DNA of 64,000 nt from Candidatus Aminicenantales bacterium (GTDB taxonomy: Bacteria > Acidobacteriota > Aminicenantia > Aminicenantales > Saccharicenantaceae): the NCBI GenBank assembly GCA_049512315.1, contig JBEKXF010000002.1, positions 62,001 to 126,000 of the forward strand. The letters run 5' to 3'. A program made the position numbers and the translations under genes. Below, one piece after another: positions 1-8,833 of the stretch. The number at the start of each line of letters is the position of its first letter. Position 1 is the stretch's first letter. The notes beneath the pieces were generated by a model. That model saw nothing but the letters and a program-made list of their open reading frames with translations, had not been told where the DNA came from and made no database searches.

Positions 1-682
1 TGAAAGCTACGGCCTGGTCGAGCAGGCTCTGGGCGTCCCGCATGCTGCCGTCGGCGGCCTCGGCGACCATGGCCAGCCCCGAGGGCGTGATGGTGATCGC
101 CTCCTTCCGGGTGATCTCCATCAGGTGGTTGATGATATCTTTGTGGGAAATCTTCTTGAACTCGAAATGCTGGCACCGGGAGACGATGGTGGACGGGACC
201 TTGTTGAATTCCGTGGTGGCGAAGATAAAGACGGTGTTCGACGGGGGCTCTTCGAGCGTCTTGAGGAGGGCGTTGAAGCCGTCCTTCGTGATCTGGTGGA
301 CCTCGTCGATGATGACGACCTTGTATCGCGTATAGATCGCCTTGTATTTCAGGGATTCCCTCAGGACCTTGATGTCCTCGATGCCCCGGTTCGAAGCCCC
401 GTCGATCTCCAGGACATCGATGGCCCGGTCCTCGTTGATGGCGGTGCAGAACTCGCACTTGTTGCACGGATGCGGGGTCGGTCCGTCGACGCAGTTGAGG
501 GCCTTGGCCAGGATGCGGGCCACGGTCGTTTTGCCCGTCCCCCGCATTCCCGAGAAGAGATAAGCCTGGGTGATCCGGCCGGACGTGATGGCGTTCTGGA
601 TCGTCTGGACGACGGACTTCTGCCCGATGACCTCCTCGAAATTCTTAGGCCTGTATTTTCGGGCGAATATCAAATAGGACAT
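1..682 (-). CDS. dnaX: DNA polymerase III subunit gamma/tau, 5' part (runs off window start; not in ORF track)
   Basis: Manual translation from ATG at 682: MSYLIFARKYRPKNFEEVIGQ, Walker A GMRGTGKTT, Zn motif C..PCNKCEFC, EIDGASNRG, Walker B IIDEVH, NALLKTLEEPP, SRC motif, GSMRDA. Confidence 0.97.
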   Translation of the reverse strand, partial: MSYLIFARKYRPKNFEEVIGQKSVVQTIQNAITSGRITQAYLFSGMRGTGKTTVARILAKALNCVDGPTPHPCNKCEFCTAINEDRAIDVLEIDGASNRGIEDIKVLRESLKYKAIYTRYKVVIIDEVHQITKDGFNALLKTLEEPPSNTVFIFATTEFNKVPSTIVSRCQHFEFKKISHKDIINHLMEITRKEAITITPSGLAMVAEAADGSMRDAQSLLDQAVAF

Positions 683-743
683 GGGTGACGGCTGCTCGTC
701 GCCGACAGGAAGCCCTCAGGTTTCCTCGAAAAAAGTAAAACAT

Positions 744-771
744 ATCTTAACATAATCCGGCAAAATATCAA
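744..771 (-). promoter_or_regulatory. Putative sigma70 promoter for dnaX
   Basis: Minus strand TTGATA-N16-TAAGAT with extended -10 TG, in an AT-rich divergent intergenic region. Confidence 0.5.
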
Positions 772-809
772 GAAAAATCCGCCCCTAATGGGTATAATGA
801 GGATCACGC

Positions 810-1694
810 ATGCCAGATCTTGAAGCGACGGAGCGCGCCTCGAGGACCCGGGGCCTCGTCGAGATCCACATCGCCGTGTTCCTCTTTGGATTCCCGGGGC
901 TCTTCGGGAAATTGATCGCTCTCTCACCTCCCTTGATCGTTCTCGGCCGGGTCTTTTTCGCCGTCTTGGCTCTGGGCCTGGTCCTAGCCCTCAAACGTCA
1001 ATCGCTGAAAATCTCGCCGGTCCGCGACCTGGCCCTCCTCGCCCTCTGCGGCCTTGTCCTGGCCGCCCATTGGACCATGTTCTTCCGGTCGGTGCAGGTC
1101 TCGACCGTGGCTGTGGGACTCCTGGCCTACTCCAGCTTTCCTGTGTTCACGGCCTTCTTAGAGCCGTTGGCTTTCAGGGAGCCGTGGGATCCCTTGAGCC
1201 TTCTCTTCGCGCTCCTGTCCGCCGCCGGAGTTTTCCTGATGGTCCCCGGATATGACCTGTCGGACCCGGTCTTTCAGGGGGTTCTCTGGGGCCTTGGGGC
1301 GGGGCTGACTTTCGCCGTCCTGACCCTCCTCAACAGAAAGCTTGCCCGGGGGCGATCGGGTCTGACGGTCGCTTTTTACCAGGACCTTTTTGCTCTCGTT
1401 TTCCTTTCGCCGTTCGCGGCCCTCGGGAACTTTGCGCTGACCGGCCGGACGCTCTGGCTCCTCGCCCTGCTGGGGGTCTTCGGCACGGCGGCAGCGCACT
1501 CCCTCTTCATCAACGGGTTGAAGCGCGTCCGGGCCCGGACGGCGAGCATCATCAGTTCCCTTGAGCCCGTGTACGGGATCGTCCTCGCCCTGGTTTTTCT
1601 CGGAGAAATCCCCTCCTCGCGGACGCTTTCGGGAGGGGCCTTGATCCTGGCGGCGGCCCTCCTCGTCACCGTGAGGGCCGCCCGGACGCCCTAA
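810..1694 (+). CDS. EamA/DMT family transporter
   Basis: 294 aa, about 10 hydrophobic helices in two repeats, SSLEPVYG and LGE motifs; TATAAT at 793-798. Confidence 0.9.
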   Translation: MPDLEATERASRTRGLVEIHIAVFLFGFPGLFGKLIALSPPLIVLGRVFFAVLALGLVLALKRQSLKISPVRDLALLALCGLVLAAHWTMFFRSVQVSTVAVGLLAYSSFPVFTAFLEPLAFREPWDPLSLLFALLSAAGVFLMVPGYDLSDPVFQGVLWGLGAGLTFAVLTLLNRKLARGRSGLTVAFYQDLFALVFLSPFAALGNFALTGRTLWLLALLGVFGTAAAHSLFINGLKRVRARTASIISSLEPVYGIVLALVFLGEIPSSRTLSGGALILAAALLVTVRAARTP

Positions 1695-1709
1695 CTATTC
1701 TTTCCGTCC

Positions 1710-2879
1710 TTATTTCTTTGGCTGACCTTTTTTGATCTTCTGCTCTTCCTCTTTATGCCTTTGAACTAGCTGGGCCTTTTCGGCCTCGTGCCGTTTCTCG
1801 ACCTCGGTGATCCTGGCCTTCGCAGCGGCTTCGACTTTCTGCCGTCCGGCAGGGTTCCGCACGGCGGCTCTGTCGGAATCGGCCTTACGCCGGATCTCTT
1901 GGACCTCGGACTGCTGGTCCTGCTCCAAACGCCGCCGTTCCTGGTCATGGACCTGACGAATGGATTCTTCGGCGGCCTGGGAACTAGGGCGGACGAAACG
2001 TCCCGAGGCTTCATCTCTCTGGATCCTGGCCGCTGCCTGATCCCTGTTCAAGGCTTCCTTGGGCCGCGACGATTCCTTTTTGCGGAGTTCGGGTCTGTAA
2101 ACGAGGGCGTCCCGGGCGTCGACCCGTTCCTCTCCGGGCCGCCGGGCGTCCTGAAGCTGGTGCCTTTCGATGCTCTGGTTGGTCAGGCGGCGGACTTGGT
2201 CGATCCCCACTCCGTCGTTGATCACCCGGTTGCCCCGAACATAGATATTGCTGTCGAAATGGGTGTAGTTGATGATGGTGATGTTCCGCTCACGGGGGAG
2301 GATCCAACGGTCGAGCTGGGGGTTCATGAACTCGATCCCCCGGATGAAATTCCAGTAATGTCCGGGAATGTCGAAGTCCCGGCGCCTGAAGCCGAAACCG
2401 GGGTCGAAATCGTAGCCGGGGGGGATGGGCGCCCAGCCGATGTATAGATCACCCCATCTCCAGGTCACCCAGGAAGGCCCCCACACGGTGCCGGGCACCC
2501 AGAACCAGCCGAGACTCTGGTCCCAGCCCCAGCGGCCATAGTGATGGACGAGCCATCCCCAGCGCTCGTTGGACATCCAGGTCCAGCCGTCATCGGTGCA
2601 GACCCAATGCCCTCGAGTATAGGGGCGCCAGCCGTACTCGATATCGCGGGGGATCCAGACATCTCCGTAAGGAACATAGGAGACCCAAACGCCGTAAGGC
2701 CCGAGGTAAGCATAGAAATCGGAAACGTCCTGATCGTCATAGCCGGTCCGGTCATACGGGCGATCCTGAGAAGAAGGTCCGCTCGACGGACCGTTGTCGT
2801 AGCCCGGCTGCGGGCCATAAAGCAGGCATCCGGTCAGGAAGATCGTCATCAGAAAAAGAAGCCCCAGGATTTTCTTCAT
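1710..2879 (-). CDS. Lipoprotein with Trp/Tyr/Gly-rich repeat domain (DUF6600-like) and charged coiled-coil tail
   Basis: Start moved to MKKILG (AGGAGG upstream); lipobox LTGC; repeated YG.W / GW.W.P motifs; R/E/Q/K-rich C-terminus. Confidence 0.75.
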   Translation of the reverse strand: MKKILGLLFLMTIFLTGCLLYGPQPGYDNGPSSGPSSQDRPYDRTGYDDQDVSDFYAYLGPYGVWVSYVPYGDVWIPRDIEYGWRPYTRGHWVCTDDGWTWMSNERWGWLVHHYGRWGWDQSLGWFWVPGTVWGPSWVTWRWGDLYIGWAPIPPGYDFDPGFGFRRRDFDIPGHYWNFIRGIEFMNPQLDRWILPRERNITIINYTHFDSNIYVRGNRVINDGVGIDQVRRLTNQSIERHQLQDARRPGEERVDARDALVYRPELRKKESSRPKEALNRDQAAARIQRDEASGRFVRPSSQAAEESIRQVHDQERRRLEQDQQSEVQEIRRKADSDRAAVRNPAGRQKVEAAAKARITEVEKRHEAEKAQLVQRHKEEEQKIKKGQPKK

Positions 2880-2903
2880 TTCTTTCCTCCTGATCACCTG
2901 AAA

Positions 2904-2920
2904 TGCAAGGAATATGCCAA
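2904..2920 (-). promoter_or_regulatory. Sigma54 (RpoN) -24/-12 promoter
   Basis: Minus strand TTGGCATATTCCTTGCA has exact GG-N10-GC spacing; the predicted start site falls just before the RBS of the lipoprotein gene. Confidence 0.7.
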
Positions 2921-3108
2921 GCCTCGTGCCAGGGGGATGGCGGACCGCCCGGTCTCCGGATGTCCGCAAAAGATGACATTCGAGCTTTCGACCCACCGAC
3001 TGCCACCCTCCGGCTTTTCGCCGAGGAGAAAGGTCGTTATGTCGTGCTCCGGTTGCATAAAGATTGATGGCCGGGAGAGGGTTCGTCCCCCGGTCCGCGG
3101 TTTTCCGC

Positions 3109-4320
3109 TCAGGAGCTTTCGAGCCGCTTGAAGACGGTTTTGATGCGCTTGAGGGCCCAGTTGATGTCTTTGTCCCTGATGATGAGGGGTGGGGCCAGCC
3201 GGATGACGTTCTCGTGGGTTTCCTTGCAAAGCAGGCCCTCTTTCATCAGCTCCTCGCAGTATCGGCGGGCCCCCCCGGCCTCAGGCTTGAGCTCGATCCC
3301 GACGAGCAGTCCGCGGCCGCGGATCTCCTTGACCTTCCGGCTCCTGAGCTTGCCGAGCTTTTCGACGAAATAGCGGCCCCGTTCAGCCGCGTTCTCGATG
3401 AGCTTCTCTTCACGGATAACTTTGAGGCTTTCGCGGGCCACAGCGCAGGCCAGCGGGTTCCCGCCGAAGGTCGAGCCGTGCTCGCCCGGCTTGAACACCC
3501 CGAGGATCTCCCGGTCGGCGAGGACCGCGGAGATCGGGTAGCAGCCCCCCCCGAGGGATTTCCCGATGATGACCATGTCGGGCCGGACCCCCTCATATTC
3601 GCAGGCGAAGAGTTTGCCGACCCGGCCGAGCCCGGTCTGGATCTCGTCGGCGACGAAAAGGACGTTCATTTTGGAGCAGATTTCCCGGGCTTTCTTCAGG
3701 AATCCGTCCGGCGGGATGAGGATGCCGGCCTCGGCCTGGATCGGCTCGACGATGAAGGCTGCCGTATTAGGCGTGATGGCCTTTTCCAGGGCCTCCGCGT
3801 CGCCGAAGGGCACGACGGTGAACCCCGGGGTGAAGGGGCCGAAATCCTGGCGGTAGAGCGGCTCGGTCGAGAAGCTGATCACAGTCACGGTCCGGCCGTG
3901 GAAGTTGTTGGCGCAGGCGATGATCTCGGCTTTGTCCTGGGGAATGCCCTTCTTCTGGTAGGCCCACTTGCGGACCGTCTTGATGGCGGTCTCCACGGCC
4001 TCGGCCCCCGAATTCATGGGCAGGACCATGGCGTAGCCCGTCATCTCACAGAGCTCCTTCGCCAGGAGCGGCCATTGGTCGTTCCGGAAAGCCCTCGAGG
4101 TCAAGGTCAGTCTCTTGGCCTGATCGATCAGCGCCTTGACGATCCGGGGATGCCGGTGGCCCTGGTTGACGGCGGAATATGAGCTCAGGCAGTCTAGGTA
4201 CTTGCGTCCCTCGACGTCGTACATCCAGATGCCCTTGGCCTCCTTGATGACAACGTCCAGGGGGTGATAATTATGAGCCCCATAAAGGTCTTCGATGAGG
4301 ATGAGATCCTTGCTGTCCAT
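3109..4320 (-). CDS. rocD: Ornithine--oxo-acid aminotransferase (class III PLP)
   Basis: [58 protein letters not shown]; start at MDSKD with AAGGAG RBS. Confidence 0.93.
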   Translation of the reverse strand: MDSKDLILIEDLYGAHNYHPLDVVIKEAKGIWMYDVEGRKYLDCLSSYSAVNQGHRHPRIVKALIDQAKRLTLTSRAFRNDQWPLLAKELCEMTGYAMVLPMNSGAEAVETAIKTVRKWAYQKKGIPQDKAEIIACANNFHGRTVTVISFSTEPLYRQDFGPFTPGFTVVPFGDAEALEKAITPNTAAFIVEPIQAEAGILIPPDGFLKKAREICSKMNVLFVADEIQTGLGRVGKLFACEYEGVRPDMVIIGKSLGGGCYPISAVLADREILGVFKPGEHGSTFGGNPLACAVARESLKVIREEKLIENAAERGRYFVEKLGKLRSRKVKEIRGRGLLVGIELKPEAGGARRYCEELMKEGLLCKETHENVIRLAPPLIIRDKDINWALKRIKTVFKRLESS

Positions 4321-4360
4321 GTCCTGACTCCTTCCGTTCACGTTGCACCGGCGTTTCTGA

Positions 4361-4453
<93 letters not shown>

Positions 4454-4495
4454 GTTTCGAAGGAACGGGCCGAACCGCACGCCGATGAGAAACAT

Positions 4496-4524
4496 AAGGT
4501 ATCAAAAAACCGGAGTGGGGTCAA
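4496..4524 (-). promoter_or_regulatory. Putative sigma70 promoter for tRNA-Ser(GGA) and possibly rocD
   Basis: TTGACC-N17-TACCTT with extended -10 TG. Confidence 0.5.
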
Positions 4525-4578
4525 CGGAGCGGTCTTTGTCTCCGCCCCTCCATGGTCATTTCAGTGATGAGGCTTGGA

Positions 4579-5613
4579 TCAGGATGGTTCGCGGTAAATA
4601 TTGATGAGGTCCTTGAGCAGGGCGGCCGCCGCGCCCCGGGGGTTCGACCGTCCGCCAGTCAGTGTCACGGAACCCATCGTGTCAGTGAAGAAGGTGATCC
4701 CCTTCTCTGTCCCGTTGACATGAAAGAGCGGGTGGGTCGGGTCGAGAAGCGAAGGCCGGACTTCGAGGTTCCATCCCCGGCCGCTTTTCCCGGGGGCCGC
4801 GCTGGCCAGGAGTTTGACCGACTTGCCTTCCTTCCCGGCTTCGCCGACGTAGCCCGCCGGCATGTCCGCGATGCCGGACACCCGGACGTCTTCCAGGCTG
4901 TAGTCGGTGCCCAGGCAGGCGTTGGCGATGAGGAGCAGCTTGGCGGCCGAGTCCCAGCCCTCGACGTCCGTGGAGGGGTCAGGCTCGGCGATCCCCCAGC
5001 GCCGGGCCTCCTGCAAGGCGTCTTCGTAGCTGAGGCCGTCCGCCATCTTCGTCAAGACGTAGTTTGAGGTCCCGTTAAGGATCCCCTGGATGCCCTCGAT
5101 GGCCGCCCCGGCCAGGGAGATGAGACCGACATCAAGGGTGGGGAGGGCGGCCGCCGTGGCCCCGCTAAATTTTAGGGCCAGGCCGTGGGCGGCGGCCATT
5201 TCCCTGAGTTTCCGGAAAGCGATGACCAGGGCGCCTTTGCTCGCGGTCACGACGTTCCAGCCGTTTTCCAGGGCGAGGGAGATATAGGATAGGCCGGGCT
5301 CGCCGGTCTTCAGATTCGAGGGGGTGCACTCCACGAGGCACCCGCCCCGCCCGGCCGGCTTGAAGATATCGGAGATCCTCATCCCGGGCCGCCAGGCCGG
5401 GTTGCCTTCGACCCACGGCCCGCCGTTCTTGAAGACATGGCCAACGTCCAGTGGCTGACCGGAGAAGAGGCAGCCCTCGGACTTGACGACGGCCATGACG
5501 GTGAAGCGGACTCCGTAGCGGGATTGGAGGTCCTCTTCCTTTTCCCGGAGAAGCGTGACAAAGGCCCGGCTGACATGGCCGAAACCTGTCAGGGCGATGG
5601 GGATAGTTTTCAT
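4579..5613 (-). CDS. hom: Homoserine dehydrogenase (short form, no ACT domain)
   Basis: GFGHV Rossmann start, VVTASKG, GILNGTSNYVL, AEPDP..DVEGWDSAAKL. Confidence 0.9.
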   Translation of the reverse strand: MKTIPIALTGFGHVSRAFVTLLREKEEDLQSRYGVRFTVMAVVKSEGCLFSGQPLDVGHVFKNGGPWVEGNPAWRPGMRISDIFKPAGRGGCLVECTPSNLKTGEPGLSYISLALENGWNVVTASKGALVIAFRKLREMAAAHGLALKFSGATAAALPTLDVGLISLAGAAIEGIQGILNGTSNYVLTKMADGLSYEDALQEARRWGIAEPDPSTDVEGWDSAAKLLLIANACLGTDYSLEDVRVSGIADMPAGYVGEAGKEGKSVKLLASAAPGKSGRGWNLEVRPSLLDPTHPLFHVNGTEKGITFFTDTMGSVTLTGGRSNPRGAAAALLKDLINIYREPS

Positions 5614-5666
5614 TCGCTCTTGTCCAAGTGTTCCCGGCAGCCCGGGCTCCGCGGGAGCGTCATGAT

Positions 5667-5758
5667 TGGCGGAGAGGGCGGGATTCGAACCCGCGATACC
5701 GATTGCTCGATATATCGGTTTTCGAGACCGACGCCTTCAACCACTCGGCCACCTCTCC
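5667..5758 (-). tRNA. tRNA-Ser(CGA)
   Basis: GGAGAGG acceptor stem, anticodon arm TCGGT-CTCGAAA-ACCGA, long variable arm, T arm, encoded CCA; TATAAT upstream at 5789-5794. Confidence 0.97.
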
Positions 5759-5838
5759 GTGTCCCGTGGAAAGCCGCGAGGCCAAAAGATTATAACCGAA
5801 ATCGTCCCGCTTGAACAGGCTTGGACAGGGACGGTTCG

Positions 5839-6324
5839 TCAGGGCGTCCGCCCGGGCCGCGGGGTTCTCTTCTGGCGAAAGAAATCCCGGAGCGGTCGGC
5901 CGCACGCCTCAGCCATCAGGCCCCCGACGACCTCCGGCCGGTGGTTGGCCTTCCCGAACGGGAAGGTCATGATGGAACGGACGGCGCCCGCCTTCGGGTC
6001 GAGGGCTCCGTAGACCAACCGCCGGACCCGGGCCTGGACTGCAGCCCCCAGGCACATCGCGCACGGCTCTACCGTGACATAGAGGTCGCAATCCGTGAGC
6101 CGGTAATTCGCCGCTTTTCGGGCAGCGCGGCGAAGGGCCACGATCTCGGCGTGGGCCGAGGGGTCGGACGTGCGGACTGGCCGATTGGAACCCCGGGCTA
6201 CGACCTTCCCGTCCCTCACGACGACTGCCCCGACCGGGACCTCTCCCCTTTCGGCCGCTTTCGCGGCCTCCCGGAGAGCCGCCATCATGAAATAACGATC
6301 GTCCCGAACTGCGGGGTCCTTCAT
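5839..6324 (-). CDS. tadA: tRNA adenosine(34) deaminase
   Basis: EVPVGAV, HAE, EPCAMC Zn motif, GALDPKAGA, C-terminal FFRQKR. Confidence 0.95.
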   Translation of the reverse strand: MKDPAVRDDRYFMMAALREAAKAAERGEVPVGAVVVRDGKVVARGSNRPVRTSDPSAHAEIVALRRAARKAANYRLTDCDLYVTVEPCAMCLGAAVQARVRRLVYGALDPKAGAVRSIMTFPFGKANHRPEVVGGLMAEACGRPLRDFFRQKRTPRPGRTP

Positions 6325-6448
6325 GGCGCTGGGATTTTACTCCGGACAAGAGGCCTTTGACAACCCGGAATATGCCGGGGGACCGGCCGTTCCTTCCATT
6401 GTCCGGCCTTTCACGTTATAATCCGACTTTCGGTGAAGGAGTCACGTC

Positions 6449-7657
6449 ATGGACCTCGTTGCCTGCCTTTTCTGCGGGAAGACCTTTACGCATGACCCGT
6501 TTTCGTCCTTCTGCCCGGACTGCGGCGAGCCGCTGTTCGTGGCCCCCTCTTCCGGTCCAGGTCCGAAGACGATACGGGCGGACAAGTTTCATCCCCTCGA
6601 GAAATTCGGGGATTTCCTGCCTATCCGAGCGTTCAATGCCGCGCTGAGCCTGGGCGAGGGAGGCACGCCGCTCGTCCCCCTCAGAAAGTTGGGCGTCGAG
6701 CTCGGGCTCCCGGGCCTCTTCGCCAAGAACGAGGCCCAGAACCCCACCGGGAGCTTCAAGGACAGGGGCACGGCGGTCGCCATTCAAAAAGCCGTTGCTC
6801 TCGGCTTCAAAAAGATCGGGACCGTTTCGACCGGGAACATGGCTGCCTCCACGGCTGCCTACGGAGCGCGGGCGGGGCTCAAGACATATGTCCTGCTCAA
6901 AGAGGGGACGTCGCGAACGAGCCTCCAGGCCGCGGGAATTTTCGGGCCGACCCTCGTCATGGTCCGGGGGGATTACGGCCGCCTCTTCTACCGGAGCCTC
7001 GAGGTCGGAAAAAAGCTCGGGATCTATTTCATGAACTCGATCGACGCCTTCAGGGTCGAGGGCTACAAGGTCACAGGCTTCGAGATCTTTTTCCAGCTCG
7101 ACGGCCGGCAGGCGCCGCGCTTCGTTTTCGTCCCCCTGAGCTCGGGCGGGCATCTCCTCGGCCTCATGCGGGCCTTCGAGGACCTCGAACGGGCCGGCCT
7201 TGTCCGCGGCTATCCGACCTTCGTCGGTGTCCAGGCTGAAGGTTGCGCCCCGCTGGTCCGGGCCTTCGAATCAGGAAAACCCAAGTACGAGCGTTTGAAC
7301 GAGGTCCGGACGATCGCCCATGCCATATCCAACCCCGCGCCGCCGGCCGGGAATGCCGTCCTCAAGCTGATCAGGGACCACGAGGGGATCCTCATGTCCG
7401 TTTCGGACGGCGATATGGTCGCGGCCCAAGGGGCGCTGGCCGCATCTGAAGGGCTCTTCTGCCAGCCGGAGTCGGCCGTCACCCTGGCCGGCCTCCTCAG
7501 GCTCCGGGAGAAACGCATCATGCCCGCCGACGGAAGTTCCGTCCTCATCCTCACCGGTAGCGGACTTAAAACCCTTCAGGCCCTGGATCCGTTGCCTTCG
7601 AACGTCCGCGAAATCGAACTCGACGACCTCGAACAAGGCCTCGAGGACCCAGCCTGA
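6449..7657 (+). CDS. thrC: Threonine synthase
   Basis: N-terminal CxxC..CxxC, LGEGGTPL, NPTGSFKDRG (PLP Lys), STGN, LTGSGLK. Confidence 0.88.
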   Translation: MDLVACLFCGKTFTHDPFSSFCPDCGEPLFVAPSSGPGPKTIRADKFHPLEKFGDFLPIRAFNAALSLGEGGTPLVPLRKLGVELGLPGLFAKNEAQNPTGSFKDRGTAVAIQKAVALGFKKIGTVSTGNMAASTAAYGARAGLKTYVLLKEGTSRTSLQAAGIFGPTLVMVRGDYGRLFYRSLEVGKKLGIYFMNSIDAFRVEGYKVTGFEIFFQLDGRQAPRFVFVPLSSGGHLLGLMRAFEDLERAGLVRGYPTFVGVQAEGCAPLVRAFESGKPKYERLNEVRTIAHAISNPAPPAGNAVLKLIRDHEGILMSVSDGDMVAAQGALAASEGLFCQPESAVTLAGLLRLREKRIMPADGSSVLILTGSGLKTLQALDPLPSNVREIELDDLEQGLEDPA

Positions 7658-7707
7658 TTCTTGGCTGGCCGCAAAGGTCCGGGCGGGCAAGACCGGCCGG
7701 TGGCCGG

Positions 7708-8784
7708 CTACTTCTTCCCGAGGAAGTCCACGATCCGGTCGCGGTAAGGAAAGAGCGCCGGCGTTCCGCCGGTGTGAAAGAAGACCACGTTGTCCGTCTT
7801 GCGGAAAAATCCTTTTTTAATGAGGTCGATCATTCCGACGGCGGCCTTCGCAGTATAAACGGGGTCCAGGACGATGCCTTCCCGCTCGAACACGAAGCGG
7901 ATGACCTCGGCGACCTCCCAGTCGACCACCCCGTAGCCATCCCTGATGTACTCATCGTTGACCATCGTGTCTTCAGGCCCGAAATCCAGGCCAAGGCCGA
8001 GGGCCTCATCTGTGGCCCGGGCGATCTCCACGACGTCTTGGGAAAAAGGCCCCTTCGGGTCGGAGACGCTGATCCCGACGACCCGGCAGTGGTCCGACAA
8101 GGCCTTCGCCCCGACGGCCAGCCCGGCCTGCGTCCCGCCCGACCCCGTTGAATGGATGACAGCGTCAACCCGGACGCCCGCGGACTCCGCCTGGGTCATC
8201 ATCTCCGCGAAGGCGTTGACGTAGCTGACGGCGCCGAGGGGCTTCTCCATGTCCCCCCTCGGAAGCGACCCGCCCACCGGCACGAGGTAAGGCTTAAGCC
8301 CCTGGGCCCGGACCTCGGCGGCGACTTCCTCGAGAACGCCCATGGCCTGACCGGATTTCACGACCTTCCCCCCCGGAGCTTCCCTGATCCGGATGTCTGC
8401 CTCGAGGATATAGTCCAGGAGGAGATTGCCGTCGTAGCCGGGATCAAGATCAGAGGTCCGGAAGAGGACGAGGACCGGCTTGAGGCCGAATTTCCGGGCG
8501 GCGGCGGCTGTCTGCATGCACCAGTTCGATTGCAGGCTGGCCCAGGTGATGACGACGTCGGCCCGCTTGTCCAGCATGTCGCGGACGATGAACTCGAGCT
8601 TCCGGGATTTGTTGCCGCCGAAAGCCAGACCTGTCAGGTCATCGCGCTTGACGTAGATCGACGGGCCGCCCAGGGCCACCGTGAGGTTCTCGAGCTTGCG
8701 GAAGGGCGTCGGCAGATGGATGAGGTCGACCCGGGGAAAGCGGTCCACCCTGCGCCGGATTTCATCGGTCGTCATTTTGGGCAT
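7708..8784 (-). CDS. D-cysteine desulfhydrase-like PLP enzyme (ACC deaminase/D-Cys desulfhydrase family)
   Basis: KRDDLTG..FGGNKSRKL, QSN, GSGGT, LDPVYTAKA, FHTGGT; Thr residues at the positions where ACC deaminase has Glu and Leu. Confidence 0.85.
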   Translation of the reverse strand: MPKMTTDEIRRRVDRFPRVDLIHLPTPFRKLENLTVALGGPSIYVKRDDLTGLAFGGNKSRKLEFIVRDMLDKRADVVITWASLQSNWCMQTAAAARKFGLKPVLVLFRTSDLDPGYDGNLLLDYILEADIRIREAPGGKVVKSGQAMGVLEEVAAEVRAQGLKPYLVPVGGSLPRGDMEKPLGAVSYVNAFAEMMTQAESAGVRVDAVIHSTGSGGTQAGLAVGAKALSDHCRVVGISVSDPKGPFSQDVVEIARATDEALGLGLDFGPEDTMVNDEYIRDGYGVVDWEVAEVIRFVFEREGIVLDPVYTAKAAVGMIDLIKKGFFRKTDNVVFFHTGGTPALFPYRDRIVDFLGKK

Positions 8785-8833
8785 GGTTTCGTCTCCGGAC
8801 CTGAGTCCATCGAGAGGCCTGTCCCCGGGTGGA

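Noticed and set aside
1..682. dnaX programmed frameshift site
   Set aside because: The relevant part of the gene lies outside the window
683..809. SRP RNA (ffs), often found upstream of dnaX
   Set aside because: No conserved SRP domain IV motif found here or next to the tRNAs
7708..8784. True ACC deaminase
   Set aside because: It has PVYT and HTGG where ACC deaminases have PVYE and HLGG
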